IMG/VR virus record: IMGVR_UViG_3300037010_004533
Span: 1-62,148 of that record
Reading direction: 5' to 3' (one strand)
DNA length: 62,148 bases
Source: a virus
Taxonomy: Duplodnaviria; Caudoviricetes
A model generated the notes under the pieces. It did no database searches, was not told the origin of the DNA, and was given only the letters and a program-made list of their open reading frames with translations. Positions 44,127 to 53,302 of this stretch are shown piece after piece. The position numbers and the translations under genes were made by a program. Numbering within the stretch: the stretch's first letter is position 1; every line of letters begins with the position of its first letter.

Positions 44127-44708
44127 ATGCCCCGGCGTAAAGTCAGCCTCGAGGATGGTTACGGTGATCGGCTCAAGCGGGCCAGGATGGCGCTCGGCAT
44201 GAAGCAAGCAGAGCTGGGGGCCATCGTGGACGTTCGGGAGTTCACCCTGAGTCGTTACGAGAATGAAGTCGCCGAGCCCGACCGCATTTTCCTCGCCGGG
44301 CTGGAATACCTCACGGGCATTCAACGGGCTTGGGTGGAGAAGGGCGCCGAGCCCATGATTAAGCCCCCGGCGCATAGCGCCGCCACCTCCCAGGCTCTCC
44401 TTGACCGCCTGGAGCAGGAGCTAGGCGGCCCGGATCTCAAGGTCGTCCCCTACCCTCCCGCCGCCGGAATGCTCGGTATGGGGCTCGACGACAAACTAAT
44501 ACTCCAGGGCGGGAAAGTGCCCCTGCGCGAGGGGAAGATTTTCCTGGTCGAGGAAGGCCTCACTGTCACCGCCGGGACCGCCCGGAAGACTGTCCGGGGT
44601 TGGCACCTCTACCATGAGCAGGACGCCGAGGATCCAGGGACTTTCCCCTCTACGCCCGTCGAGGGCACCGGAATCCTCGTCGCCGGCCGCATAAAATGGC
44701 ATGATTGA
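44127..44708 (+). CDS. XRE/CI-like repressor
   Basis: RLKRARMALGMKQAELGAIV...TLSRYEN HTH; divergent from the lytic operon; GGAGG RBS. Confidence 0.85.
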   Translation: MPRRKVSLEDGYGDRLKRARMALGMKQAELGAIVDVREFTLSRYENEVAEPDRIFLAGLEYLTGIQRAWVEKGAEPMIKPPAHSAATSQALLDRLEQELGGPDLKVVPYPPAAGMLGMGLDDKLILQGGKVPLREGKIFLVEEGLTVTAGTARKTVRGWHLYHEQDAEDPGTFPSTPVEGTGILVAGRIKWHD

Positions 44709-44856
44709 CATATTGTTAAAGTGAAGATTTTGTAAATCCTGTGACCCTCGACACTCTCCGGTTACTCCAGAATGGCTCCAATTCCAGCCCTGGGGCGGCA
44801 AAGCGGTATGGGTTGCTTTCCCTGGCTACCTAATGAACCAGTTATCTGATTGAGCC

Positions 44857-45444
44857 ATGAGCATCGAACTTATGCCGGCCGAGTGGAATGTCGTACGCAA
44901 TCTTGCGCTCGGCCCCCTTCTGGCAAACAGCGGGAGGATGAGGGACTCTCTCACAAGCCCTCGCCATCGCACACTTCTCGCCGAGGTGACGTGGCTCATC
45001 GGCCGAGGCCTCGAGTCCTGCGGGTCCATGGAGGACCTGCGAAAGTCCTGGCTCCGGCTCCAGGAGGCTGCTTGGTCGGTAGCCCTGGAGAACCGGCCGC
45101 ACCCCCTGCACCTCCAGGTGCTTGAGGATGCGAATATCAGGCCCGAGGAGCTTGCCTTTGTGCTGCCCGAGCTGGAGAGGATGGTGGCCGAGCGCCGGAA
45201 AATCATCGCGCCGGCCACGCCATCCCTGCTCCTCCGGCTCCTCAAGGATGGCTACCACCTGATCGTCAAGCCCATGCGGGAACCGGAGATGGAGCTGCTG
45301 GAAGATACGAGGCCGCTTCTGAACGGCTCCATGGGCACGGGGGTCATCGCCTCATGGGTGCGCGGGCCCTGGACGGTCGAGGACCTTAGCCGGGCCACCA
45401 TCCAGCTCGAGATGGAGCGGTCGGGCATCATCCTCTCGGCCTAG
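44857..45444 (+). CDS. Hypothetical protein
   Basis: 195-aa ORF after an AT-rich promoter-like region (TTGACA at ~44705). Confidence 0.6.
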   Translation: MSIELMPAEWNVVRNLALGPLLANSGRMRDSLTSPRHRTLLAEVTWLIGRGLESCGSMEDLRKSWLRLQEAAWSVALENRPHPLHLQVLEDANIRPEELAFVLPELERMVAERRKIIAPATPSLLLRLLKDGYHLIVKPMREPEMELLEDTRPLLNGSMGTGVIASWVRGPWTVEDLSRATIQLEMERSGIILSA

Positions 45445-46451
45445 AGCCACAGTCCCGCCGCCTCCATCACCGCCCTGCCCCAGGCCCGATCAAGAGCCAG
45501 ATCCCACACCCTGTCCCCGGGCTTCAAGCCGGAGGCCTGGAGACTGGCTTCGACCTTGCGCCGTGCGGGAAGGCTTTCCCCAAGGGCGCCTTCAGCCAGG
45601 GATACCGCTCGCCGTTCCAGACGCCGCAGCTCGTCCAGGTGCTCAAGGAAGCCTGGGGCGTCGGGGTCCACCTTCCTCGCCCGGAGGTTCTGGAGCTGGG
45701 CCAGGATCTCCCTGACGGCCACCATCGGGTCGGCCACCTGGTTCTCCACCTGGTTCTCCTTTGCCAGCTTCCGGCGCGGCTTCTTGAGGTAGACGACGAC
45801 CCTCTTCCACTCCTCGGTGAGGATCCAGGAGGCCAGCCCCTTCGGGTCCTTACCCTTCCCTTGTTTGGCAAGCTCGTGGGCAGCTTCCACCGCTCCCTGG
45901 AGGAAGTCCTGCTGGATCTTCCTGGCCGTGCTCCAAGCCCCGCTCTTGGACCATCCGGCGGCCACCATCGCCTTCGCCCACAGGGCAGCATTGGAGGGCT
46001 TTCGAGCCGCCCGCTCACCGCAAGGGGCCTTCGAGGGGTTTACAGGGGAAGGAACTTCCCCTTTATCTGGTGCCGAAATTCGGCAGGGGGCCTTCTTCGC
46101 TTCGGGGGCCTGCACCTTCAGGCTCCAGCCCTTCGAGGAGCGGACCACGAGGCCGCACTCCTCCAGGGCGCGGAGGCCATCCTGAACGGTCGCCCGGGGG
46201 ATCTCACCATGGGACAGCCGGACGATGCCGAGCTGGGAGGCCGGGCCCAGGTTCAGGGCGGCGGCGCCGCGCAGGATCTCCAGGACGCGCCGGGCGGACC
46301 CTGGGAGACGGCGGCCGTCAGGCCTGCGGGTGCGCTCCAAGGCAGAGGCCCAAGGGATCTCCATCCCGTAGGCCCGGTGGACGTGCTTCGGTGTGAAAGA
46401 AGGAACAGCCGCGCCCTTGCGGGGCGCCCGCCTGCGATCTACACTGGTCAT
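45441..46451 (-). CDS. Winged-helix Rep-like protein (putative plasmid-mode initiator)
   Basis: ARRVLEIL...RATVQDGLRALEECGLV wHTH; adjacent to the par locus. Confidence 0.5.
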   Translation of the reverse strand: MTSVDRRRAPRKGAAVPSFTPKHVHRAYGMEIPWASALERTRRPDGRRLPGSARRVLEILRGAAALNLGPASQLGIVRLSHGEIPRATVQDGLRALEECGLVVRSSKGWSLKVQAPEAKKAPCRISAPDKGEVPSPVNPSKAPCGERAARKPSNAALWAKAMVAAGWSKSGAWSTARKIQQDFLQGAVEAAHELAKQGKGKDPKGLASWILTEEWKRVVVYLKKPRRKLAKENQVENQVADPMVAVREILAQLQNLRARKVDPDAPGFLEHLDELRRLERRAVSLAEGALGESLPARRKVEASLQASGLKPGDRVWDLALDRAWGRAVMEAAGLWL

Positions 46452-46699
46452 GTTCGGGTTTCTTTCAAAAAAAGGGCGACTTAGCGGGGTGCCAGCCCCA
46501 GCCGCATGTTATGGATGGATCGGGTTATGAGCTTGATCTTCCATCGGTGGCGACTTGGTTGCAGTCCTTGGAAGATTCCTCCTTGCGTAGGCCCCCGGAA
46601 GGGGGCCTTTTCAATGCTACCTCAGAAGGGTAGAGCCGTGCTTGCTGTCGCGCAAGATGCAAGTGCGGAAAATACCCAGCTTGTAGCAGTATGGCCGGA

Positions 46700-46800
46700 C
46701 ATGCAGACGGTCATACGGCCAGCCGTCCAGCCGGGCATACAGCCAGCCGGACATACGGCCCGCCATACGGCCAGCCAGCCATACAGACGGCCATACAGTC
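46700..46800. repeat. Centromere-like array of CATACRGHC repeats on a 4-bp lattice
   Basis: CAT(A/G)C at 46700, 46712, 46736, 46752, 46764, 46780 and 46792 (spacings 12/24/16/12/16/12), filled with CAGC/CGGC tetramers. Confidence 0.7.
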
Positions 46801-46828
46801 AAAAAAATGGGGCGGTGGGTCCGCCCCT
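46801..46828 (-). terminator. Terminator of the par operon
   Basis: GGGGCGG stem followed by T7. Confidence 0.7.
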
Positions 46829-46829
46829 G

Positions 46830-47273
46830 CTACTGAAAATTCGCCCGAACGCGCTTCAGGAGCGCCTCCGTCTCGGAGGTCCGGGCCTTCGGGTCAACGA
46901 TCAGGCCGAGCGCCATGTTCTGAAGCTCGGCGAAGTGGATGCCAAGGTCGTCGGCGAGGTCCTGGGCGGCCTTCAGCATCCGGGGGTCATACTTGTGCGT
47001 CCCGTTGATCCAGCCGCGTTTGGTCAAGCTCTTGCGCTGGGGCCGGGGCTCCTCGAAGGAGTAGTTCTCGGCCTCCGCCGGGGGAGTGTAGGGCTCCTCC
47101 ATGGGCTCCTCGTCCTGCCGCTGGGGAGGGGGAGGGGGAGGAGGGGCGACGACGACAGGGGCGGGGGCGGGAGCCGGCCGCCGGGTCTGCTCCTGAAAAT
47201 CGACGGCGCCAGCAGTCACCTGGGCCAGGAGCCGCCGGCGCTTCTCCTCGGGGGTTTCCTTCCGGCTAGGCAT
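46830..47273 (-). CDS. Small partition partner (ParG/RHH-like centromere-binding protein)
   Basis: Overlaps parA; disordered Pro-rich N-terminus and a short C-terminal beta-alpha-alpha-like domain. Confidence 0.6.
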   Translation of the reverse strand: MPSRKETPEEKRRRLLAQVTAGAVDFQEQTRRPAPAPAPVVVAPPPPPPPQRQDEEPMEEPYTPPAEAENYSFEEPRPQRKSLTKRGWINGTHKYDPRMLKAAQDLADDLGIHFAELQNMALGLIVDPKARTSETEALLKRVRANFQ

Positions 47274-47943
47274 TGGCGGCCCTCTTCGTCTCGGCCTGCT
47301 TGGCGTCGAGCGCCCGGCTAAGGAAGGCCACGAGGTTCCTCATCTCGGTCGCGCCCGTGCTCTCCGGGGCGAACTCCCACACCGGCAGGCCGTTGTCGAT
47401 GGCCTCGGCGTATTCCTTCCGCTCCCACAGCTTCCCGATGAAAGTGCCGTCCGCAGAGCCCTGGAGCATCATGCAGTAGGTCTTGGCGATCTCCGTGTTC
47501 CGGTAGAAATTGCAGAGGTAGAAGAGGGGGATCGGCCCCCGGACGGCCGCAGCCTCGCGCACGACGGTCGTGATCCGGCCGAGGGCGAAGACATCATGGG
47601 GGCCGGGCCGGGTGGGGCAGAGCACTACGTCGGCGGTCAGGATCGCCAGCTTGGTCAGGTCGGAGATGCCGGGCGGGCAGTCCAGCACGACGTTCTTCCC
47701 TTCGTTCTTCAGGCGCTCCACGAGGTCGTAAAGCTCGGCTGCCGTCGCGTTGTGCATCCGGTAGGTTTCCAGGCCGTAGCGGGTCGAGAAACGCGAGCTG
47801 TCGCCGTTCATGTCCAAGTCGATCAGGACCGCCTTCTCGCTACAGGCCAGATGAAGGGCGGCCGTGCTCTTTCCCACGCCACCCTTGTAGTTCGCCACGG
47901 CCGTCACGCGGCCGATGGTCTTCTTCAGAGTCTTGGTTCCCAT
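47266..47943 (-). CDS. parA: ParA family partition ATPase (short type Ib/ParF-like)
   Basis: KGGVGKST, LIDLD and VLDCPP motifs. Confidence 0.92.
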   Translation of the reverse strand: MGTKTLKKTIGRVTAVANYKGGVGKSTAALHLACSEKAVLIDLDMNGDSSRFSTRYGLETYRMHNATAAELYDLVERLKNEGKNVVLDCPPGISDLTKLAILTADVVLCPTRPGPHDVFALGRITTVVREAAAVRGPIPLFYLCNFYRNTEIAKTYCMMLQGSADGTFIGKLWERKEYAEAIDNGLPVWEFAPESTGATEMRNLVAFLSRALDAKQAETKRAANA

Positions 47944-48026
47944 GATTCCTCCAGATGTATTTCCAGCTTCATGTGTTTCCGTATGGCCAGCAATACGTAT
48001 TTTTGTAAAGCTGGCAATTTAGGGCA

Positions 48027-48245
48027 TCAATTCTGTCGCTTCCAGACAGCCATCGCCCAGGCGCCCGCGATCATCCCGTAGACCACGGAGGCCAGGACCA
48101 CAGCCTCGAGCTGGGGCAAGGTGAGGGTCAGCACTTCAGCCCCGCCTCGAAATGCGTCTCGAATTAGAGAGCCGAACAGCCAGCCGGCTCCGATCAGGGT
48201 CTTCGCCCCAATCACGACCGCGATGATCTTGACGTAGAGCGGCAT
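48027..48245 (-). CDS. Small two-TM membrane protein
   Basis: Two hydrophobic segments. Confidence 0.45.
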   Translation of the reverse strand: MPLYVKIIAVVIGAKTLIGAGWLFGSLIRDAFRGGAEVLTLTLPQLEAVVLASVVYGMIAGAWAMAVWKRQN

Positions 48246-48495
48246 GGGATGAGGGTGGGCGATCATGGACAAGATCAAAGCCGGTTGGGGTTCGAGCACC
48301 AGTGGCAGGTATCGCAGTCCCAGGAGCCAGGAAATTCTTCGGGTTCCGTCACGCGCCCGCCTCCGCACTTCTCACACGGGTAGGACGGCTTGTAGTCTTC
48401 AGGGATGTCATCGAATGGCATGGGTGTCCCTCCTGGACAGCCTCAGCGCCTCGGCTGGGCCGGATGGTTCGTGATAGTGGAAAACCCTGGAAGCA

Positions 48496-48822
48496 TCAGA
48501 AGGCCTTCCCGTGCTTGTGGGGCCGCGTGAAGTTGAACTCGTGCTTGGCGATGATCGCCTCACCCAGGCGCAGGCCCCGGCCGGCGCAGAAGTCCATGAC
48601 ACGGATCACTACGTCGGCCATCTCTTCCTCGACTGCACTGAAGGCCGGGATGTGCTCGCTGGGAGGGTTCCCGTGGCGGAGCGCCTCCAGAGCCTCGGAC
48701 AGCTCGGAGTGCATAAGGGCGATGGCCTCCGCATCGTTGCGCTCGCCGTCCCAAAAGCCCTTGGCGCGGGCGTTTGCGTGGACGGTGGCCGCGGCGTCGT
48801 TGATGGCTTCGATCAAGATCAT
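48496..48822 (-). CDS. MazG-like NTP pyrophosphohydrolase
   Basis: LMHSELSEALEA...EEEMADVVIR...K...N..R motifs. Confidence 0.85.
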   Translation of the reverse strand: MILIEAINDAAATVHANARAKGFWDGERNDAEAIALMHSELSEALEALRHGNPPSEHIPAFSAVEEEMADVVIRVMDFCAGRGLRLGEAIIAKHEFNFTRPHKHGKAF

Positions 48823-49145
48823 GCTTTGTCCTTTCGATTGGTCCCCAGCTTCAGGCGGGGGTGAACTCCGCCGCGCGGGATCGGGCCAGAGGCGTTCAGG
48901 AAGGCTTCCACGCCATCCGTGACACCGTGCTTCTTGAAGAGGTCGGCCAGCAGGATCTTCAGCGGGTTCGAGCCCACGCGGCCGTCGTGGGCCCAGCGAT
49001 AGATGGTCTTCTCGTCAACGCCGGTCGCGGCGGCCATCTTGTCGCGCCCGCCCATCTCACGGGCCAGGGATCCGATGGGGCCGGGCAGGCTCAGGGGCCG
49101 ACCACGGAAGACAGGTTCTGCGTCGTCCTTTTTCTTGCGGGGCAT
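48819..49145 (-). CDS. Small HTH regulator (candidate binder of GGGCA-N3-TGCCC)
   Basis: MAAATGVDEKTIYRWA HTH; its own promoter carries GGGCGAAATGCCC (49171-83). Confidence 0.7.
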   Translation of the reverse strand: MPRKKKDDAEPVFRGRPLSLPGPIGSLAREMGGRDKMAAATGVDEKTIYRWAHDGRVGSNPLKILLADLFKKHGVTDGVEAFLNASGPIPRGGVHPRLKLGTNRKDKA

Positions 49146-49200
49146 GGGATCTCCTCCATGCCTCATTATGGGGCGAAATGCCCGATTCACAACCTGCATC

Positions 49201-49611
49201 TCACTTCCTCCCGCACTCTGACAGGGCCACAGGGTTCCAGTAGAGGTCGCGTTCCAGCGGCATCTTGAAGGTCCGGCTGGAGGCGCTGCCACGCAGGGTC
49301 ACGGGGTAGAAGGTCGTGCAGAGCTGCTCGGCGCTCACGTAGCCCAGCTCGGGCTCGTTGTTCCCCAGCTTGAAGAGGCCGAAGAACTCGCCCGCCTCCG
49401 GGTTGAACTCGGAGGCCCAAAAGTCCACCGGGCCGCCGAAGAAGTGGACGATGGCCTTGGCCTCGAGGCCCTGGCCCTCGGTCGCCTTGATCGCGGGGAG
49501 CTTCTTCAGCTCGGCCTTCGTGAGGAGGGCCTGGGTCCAGTTCAGCTTGATCTTCGTCCAGCGCAGCGTGGGATCCGCCAGGGCCTTCAGGGTTGCGATG
49601 CTGTGGGTCAT
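49201..49611 (-). CDS. DUF2958-family protein
   Basis: VHFF...W.SE...FFGL...ELGYVS...ERDLYW. Confidence 0.75.
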   Translation of the reverse strand: MTHSIATLKALADPTLRWTKIKLNWTQALLTKAELKKLPAIKATEGQGLEAKAIVHFFGGPVDFWASEFNPEAGEFFGLFKLGNNEPELGYVSAEQLCTTFYPVTLRGSASSRTFKMPLERDLYWNPVALSECGRK

Positions 49612-49627
49612 GGTTTGTTCTCCTTGA

Positions 49628-49904
49628 TTATATTATAGGGCATTTTGCCCTAATAACAAGAGGGCAGACCTCGCTGCCGAGGTAGTCCTTTCCGAGGTCG
49701 CCCAGCGCGGCCACGAGGCACCCTTCCGCGACGCGCAGGGCCTCCAGCAGCTCGGGGGCAGCGGCGATCAGCCGGATGTCCGCCGGGTTCACCCTCGTCT
49801 CGGGGGCGCCCTCAACCTTGAGGATCCGCTTCCCCCTCGGCGTTCTTGATGCTGCCGGGTCCAAGGTGCCAGGGGCCGGGGGCGTGGACGCGAACGGCGC
49901 TCAC
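49628..49904 (-). pseudogene. Frameshifted, truncated paralog of the HTPGPW...LIAAAP family
   Basis: VHAPGPW lies in one frame and ADIRLIAAAPELLEAL in another; the shift is at a G5 run (~49832); the 3' end runs into a promoter repeat. Confidence 0.6.
49632..49659 (-). promoter_or_regulatory. Repeated early promoter-operator
   Basis: TTGTTA-TTAGGGCAAAATGCCC-TATAAT. Confidence 0.8.
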
Positions 49905-50146
49905 GGCACCACCACCACGAGGTTCACCGTCTCGGGGGCCACCGTGCGGTCGTCCCAATCCTGCTTATCCTCGTCCCAGACGCACTCGACCACCTCGATC
50001 CGGCGGCCCTCCCGGTGAAGAATGACGTTGAACTCCTCGTCGAGGCCCAGCCGAGTCCACTCCACTCGCTCCTCGCTGATGGAGGCCGGAAGTTCGTTGG
50101 CCTTGTAGGTGACTCCCTGCTTCGCTCGCTTGATCGTGACGGCCAT
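49901..50146 (-). CDS. Hypothetical acidic protein
   Basis: AAGGAG RBS; first gene after a repeated promoter. Confidence 0.65.
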   Translation of the reverse strand: MAVTIKRAKQGVTYKANELPASISEERVEWTRLGLDEEFNVILHREGRRIEVVECVWDEDKQDWDDRTVAPETVNLVVVVP

Positions 50147-50169
50147 GGTGGCTCCTTGTTCTATACTAT

Positions 50170-50198
50170 ATTATAGGGCATAATGCCCTATAAGCCAT
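50170..50198 (-). promoter_or_regulatory. Repeated early promoter-operator
   Basis: Perfect TTATAGGGCA-TAA-TGCCCTATAA palindrome overlapping TATAAT. Confidence 0.8.
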
Positions 50199-50207
50199 GG
50201 TGTAGAC

Positions 50208-50236
50208 AAAAAAAAAGGGGGCCGAGGCCCCCTTTG
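50208..50236 (-). terminator. Intrinsic terminator
   Basis: AAAGGGGCC stem followed by a long T run on the minus strand. Confidence 0.75.
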
Positions 50237-50255
50237 TGCCAGTGGTCACAGCCGC

Positions 50256-50546
50256 CTACCCAAACATCTCCGCCAGTTCCACCTCCGCCTCGCACGAGTC
50301 AATGGGGGCCTCGGTGGACCCGCCCAGGGGGAAGAGATCCACGCGGACGCCGCGCTCGGTCGGCTGCACGTAGACGCTCACGCCGTTCACCGTGATCCAG
50401 AAGCTCTCCTGGTCCTGGAGCACGAGGTCGCGGTTCTCTGGCTCGCCCTCGACGTGAAGGAATGTAGGCCAGGGATACTTCACCCTGGGGGCCCGGAGCG
50501 AGGCCTCGACGAGGCCCCGGGCGACTTGATCGGTGCTCTGGTTCAT
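50256..50546 (-). CDS. Hypothetical protein
   Basis: MNQSTDQ...; coupled ORF. Confidence 0.55.
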   Translation of the reverse strand: MNQSTDQVARGLVEASLRAPRVKYPWPTFLHVEGEPENRDLVLQDQESFWITVNGVSVYVQPTERGVRVDLFPLGGSTEAPIDSCEAEVELAEMFG

Positions 50547-50848
50547 GCGTTCTCCATCTTCGGGCCCCAGCCCGAGATTCGCTTGACGACCTTCAGGCGG
50601 TAGCCGATGCGCTCCAGCTCCGCCTTGAGAGATGCCGCCTCGGCGTCCGTGGCCCGGCGGGTGCGGCGCATCCAGTTCCGACAGCAGGAGCCGTGCTGCC
50701 CGATGTGCGCGTAGCAGGTCATGAGGTCCGGGTCGATACAGGACGCCGGGAGCCTCGGGAATACGGCCGTGATAATAGTGCCGAAGCGCAGCCGCTCGGC
50801 CCGGAAGGTGACTTCGACGACGGGGTTCTCGCTCATGGCTGAACTCAT
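50543..50848 (-). CDS. Conserved phage hypothetical protein
   Basis: AVFP...CYAHIGQHGSC...ELERIGY pattern. Confidence 0.65.
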   Translation of the reverse strand: MSSAMSENPVVEVTFRAERLRFGTIITAVFPRLPASCIDPDLMTCYAHIGQHGSCCRNWMRRTRRATDAEAASLKAELERIGYRLKVVKRISGWGPKMENA

Positions 50849-51162
50849 GGATAGGTGTAGCCCAGGCCCTTCCTGGCCCGGCGCAGCAGGGTCGCGTAAC
50901 GACGGGAGCCGCGCTCGAGCCCGAGCGTGGCCTCCGGGTATCCGTATTCATAGCAGGCCTGGGCGGCGCTGCACGGGTCGCCGATATTCACCGTGGCGAT
51001 CAGGTCGGTGGTTCCGCCCTCGTAGACCTTGAGCACCATCTGGACGCCCTTGCCGGGCACGTCCTCGGTGCGGAACTCGACGCGCTGCCCGGGGCTGCCC
51101 AGGTGGACGACCTTGCGCGGGATGCGCTGGGGAGGGGGGAGGACATCGGACATCTTGCTCAT
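50845..51162 (-). CDS. Hypothetical protein
   Basis: AAGGAG RBS; coupled ORF. Confidence 0.55.
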   Translation of the reverse strand: MSKMSDVLPPPQRIPRKVVHLGSPGQRVEFRTEDVPGKGVQMVLKVYEGGTTDLIATVNIGDPCSAAQACYEYGYPEATLGLERGSRRYATLLRRARKGLGYTYP

Positions 51163-51164
51163 GG

Positions 51165-51470
51165 TCAGCTCCTTTCCAGCCAGGACAGGGAATCGCCCCA
51201 GCAGCCGATGAACCAGCTCCCCCTGTCGATCCGCATGACGGTCGCGGTGTAGGGGTCGCCGGGGTTGAAGTATTCAATCTCGTGCCGGGGCGTCTCGCAG
51301 CGGTCGAAGCAGCCCTCGGGGACGCAGATGGATTCCACGCCCCAGGTTTCCAGCAGGCGGTTCACCGCCTTGTGCTCCCCGTTCCAGAGGGCGTCGCGGA
51401 TCTCCTCGGCCTTCTTCCGTGTGTCGGCGAGGCCGTGTGCGATCAGGGCCTTGACGCTCGGGAGCCTCAC
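51165..51470 (-). CDS. Hypothetical protein
   Basis: GVESI...YFNPGDPYTATV...IGCWGD pattern; GGAGG RBS. Confidence 0.6.
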   Translation of the reverse strand: MRLPSVKALIAHGLADTRKKAEEIRDALWNGEHKAVNRLLETWGVESICVPEGCFDRCETPRHEIEYFNPGDPYTATVMRIDRGSWFIGCWGDSLSWLERS

Positions 51471-52198
51471 AGGACACCTCCCGCGCTCAGGGCCCCGGCC
51501 GCCTCACGAGGGGCGATGGACTGGCCCGGGGCCTTCATGCCGAGCCCGGCCCTGACGCCCGCCTTGAAGGCCTCGCGGTCCAGGATCGGGGCGCCGATCT
51601 CCCGGGGCTTCTTCGTGGTGAGCTGTTCGTCACGGAAGGCCTCCAGCTCGGCTTGGCGTCGTGCCACGGTCATGAGGCCGAAGGTCTGCCCGGCGGAGCG
51701 GGCCTCCTCCACAACCTTCGCCCGGGTGGTCGCCAGGGCTCGCTCGAAGCCCAGGACGCAGCCATGGAGCCAGCTCGTCCGGTAGACGCCCTCCTGGCCG
51801 ACGCAGGCCCGCAGGGCGAGGCGCGTGATCTTCAGCTCGGCCCAGGCGTAGAGGGACCGGCACAGCTCGATGTCCTGCTCGGTGCCCACCGGGGAGACGG
51901 CGCTCCAGCCGTTCTTCCTGGAATGCCGGATGACCGTGCAGCCGCAGGCGTCCGCTACCGTCACGGCCAGGAGCGCCTTCCACTTCCGAAGGTTCATCCC
52001 CTGGCAAAGCGCCTCCGAGCTGCACATGAACGGGGCGTCGGGGCTCTCGGGATCGGCGGCCTCGGCCTCGGTGATCTTGTGGCGGGCCATCAACTCTTGG
52101 GCGCGGCCCAGGGCGATCTCCGCCTCGTGCTTGGTGCCGCCCTTCGCCATGGCGAGGAGCTTGCGGACGCGGGCCAGGACGCTCTCGCGCTCGGTCAC
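51467..52198 (-). CDS. DUF2786-domain protein
   Basis: VLARVRKLLAMA...EAEIAL.RAQELMARH. Confidence 0.82.
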   Translation of the reverse strand: MTERESVLARVRKLLAMAKGGTKHEAEIALGRAQELMARHKITEAEAADPESPDAPFMCSSEALCQGMNLRKWKALLAVTVADACGCTVIRHSRKNGWSAVSPVGTEQDIELCRSLYAWAELKITRLALRACVGQEGVYRTSWLHGCVLGFERALATTRAKVVEEARSAGQTFGLMTVARRQAELEAFRDEQLTTKKPREIGAPILDREAFKAGVRAGLGMKAPGQSIAPREAAGALSAGGVL

Positions 52199-52647
52199 AG
52201 GACACCTCCCGCCTGGAGGCCGAGGAGGGGGGCCCAGCGCCGGGCGCCAGCCATCGGGTTGCCGCCGGTCTGGATGATGAGCCAGTCGCTCCAGACCTCG
52301 AGCATGTCCTGGACGAAGCGGGCCTCCTCGCGGCTCACGGTCATCTTGGTGCCGAGGATGACGCCCACGCCGTCGCGCTCGAGCTGCCCGTCGAGGTCGA
52401 ACTCGATGGTGCAGGGCATACAGGGGTCCGCGCCGTTGTGGAACCGGGCCCAGCGCCAGATATAGGCGAACACACCGTCCTTGGGCTTGCTCGCCCGGAT
52501 CTTGCCCTGGTTCGTGCAGGCTCGCAGGACCGTCTCCCGCGTCACCTTGGCGCTCAGGTACGCCGCGATCTTTTGGAAGCCCTCACTGTGGGCCTGGGGG
52601 GCGTCGAAGGCCTGCATGGCGGCCTGCTGCCTCGTGGTGATTGCCAT
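52195..52647 (-). CDS. Hypothetical protein
   Basis: AAGGAG RBS; YIWRWARF...PCT. Confidence 0.6.
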   Translation of the reverse strand: MAITTRQQAAMQAFDAPQAHSEGFQKIAAYLSAKVTRETVLRACTNQGKIRASKPKDGVFAYIWRWARFHNGADPCMPCTIEFDLDGQLERDGVGVILGTKMTVSREEARFVQDMLEVWSDWLIIQTGGNPMAGARRWAPLLGLQAGGVL

Positions 52648-52709
52648 TGGGTTCTCCTTGCGGAAGGCCCGGGGCGGGTGCCAGCCCTACCCCGGGCGGG
52701 GTTCGTGGT

Positions 52710-52964
52710 CTAGTTCTCGGCGTCCGGGGGGAGCTGCCAGCGGTCGCCGGAGAGCTTCAGGGTGATCCCGTCGTCGTAGGAGTCCTGATAGATCGAGGTC
52801 ACGACGACCTCGGGGATCTCCAGGAAGGACGCGACCTCGGCGGAAGTGGCGACGCCCAGCTCGCCGAGGGTTTCCATGACGAGGTGCCGCAGGTTCTCGA
52901 AGGCCTCCTGGGCGGCGACGGCCATCCGGGGGTCGATGTCGAAGGTCTTGGGGGTCTGGGCCAT
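52710..52964 (-). CDS. Hypothetical acidic protein
   Basis: GAGGAG RBS after a repeated promoter. Confidence 0.6.
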   Translation of the reverse strand: MAQTPKTFDIDPRMAVAAQEAFENLRHLVMETLGELGVATSAEVASFLEIPEVVVTSIYQDSYDDGITLKLSGDRWQLPPDAEN

Positions 52965-53053
52965 TTCGTTCTCCTCAATATAATAATAGGGCATAGTGCC
53001 CTATTAACAAGGGGAAAACGCCTGAAAAATTGCGTTAGTGCAATTCATCACAC
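52961..53053 (-). promoter_or_regulatory. Repeated early promoter-operator unit (near-identical to 61558-61648)
   Basis: AATAGGGCATAGTGCCCTATT plus TTGC-N6-GCAA and TCACAC. Confidence 0.82.
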
Positions 53054-53068
53054 GGGACCTGGTGCCCC

Positions 53069-53302
53069 TCATCCCTCCAGGACCTCGACGATGGCCGCGA
53101 ACGGAGGCCGGGTCGCGGGGTTCTTGTAGTGCCGGCAGCAGCCCCAGGCGCCGAACTTGCTGTCGAACGGCCGGAATCCGAAGTAGATGAAGCCGCCCCG
53201 GTCCTCCGCCCAGCTCACGCGGGCCTCGAAGACCTCCGTGGGTCGGCTCTTGAGCGGCTGGGTGATGCGAACGCGGGCGCCCCTCTCGATCTCGGCCATC
53301 AC
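53069..53302 (-). CDS. Hypothetical protein
   Basis: Coupled ORF. Confidence 0.5.
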   Translation of the reverse strand: MMAEIERGARVRITQPLKSRPTEVFEARVSWAEDRGGFIYFGFRPFDSKFGAWGCCRHYKNPATRPPFAAIVEVLEG

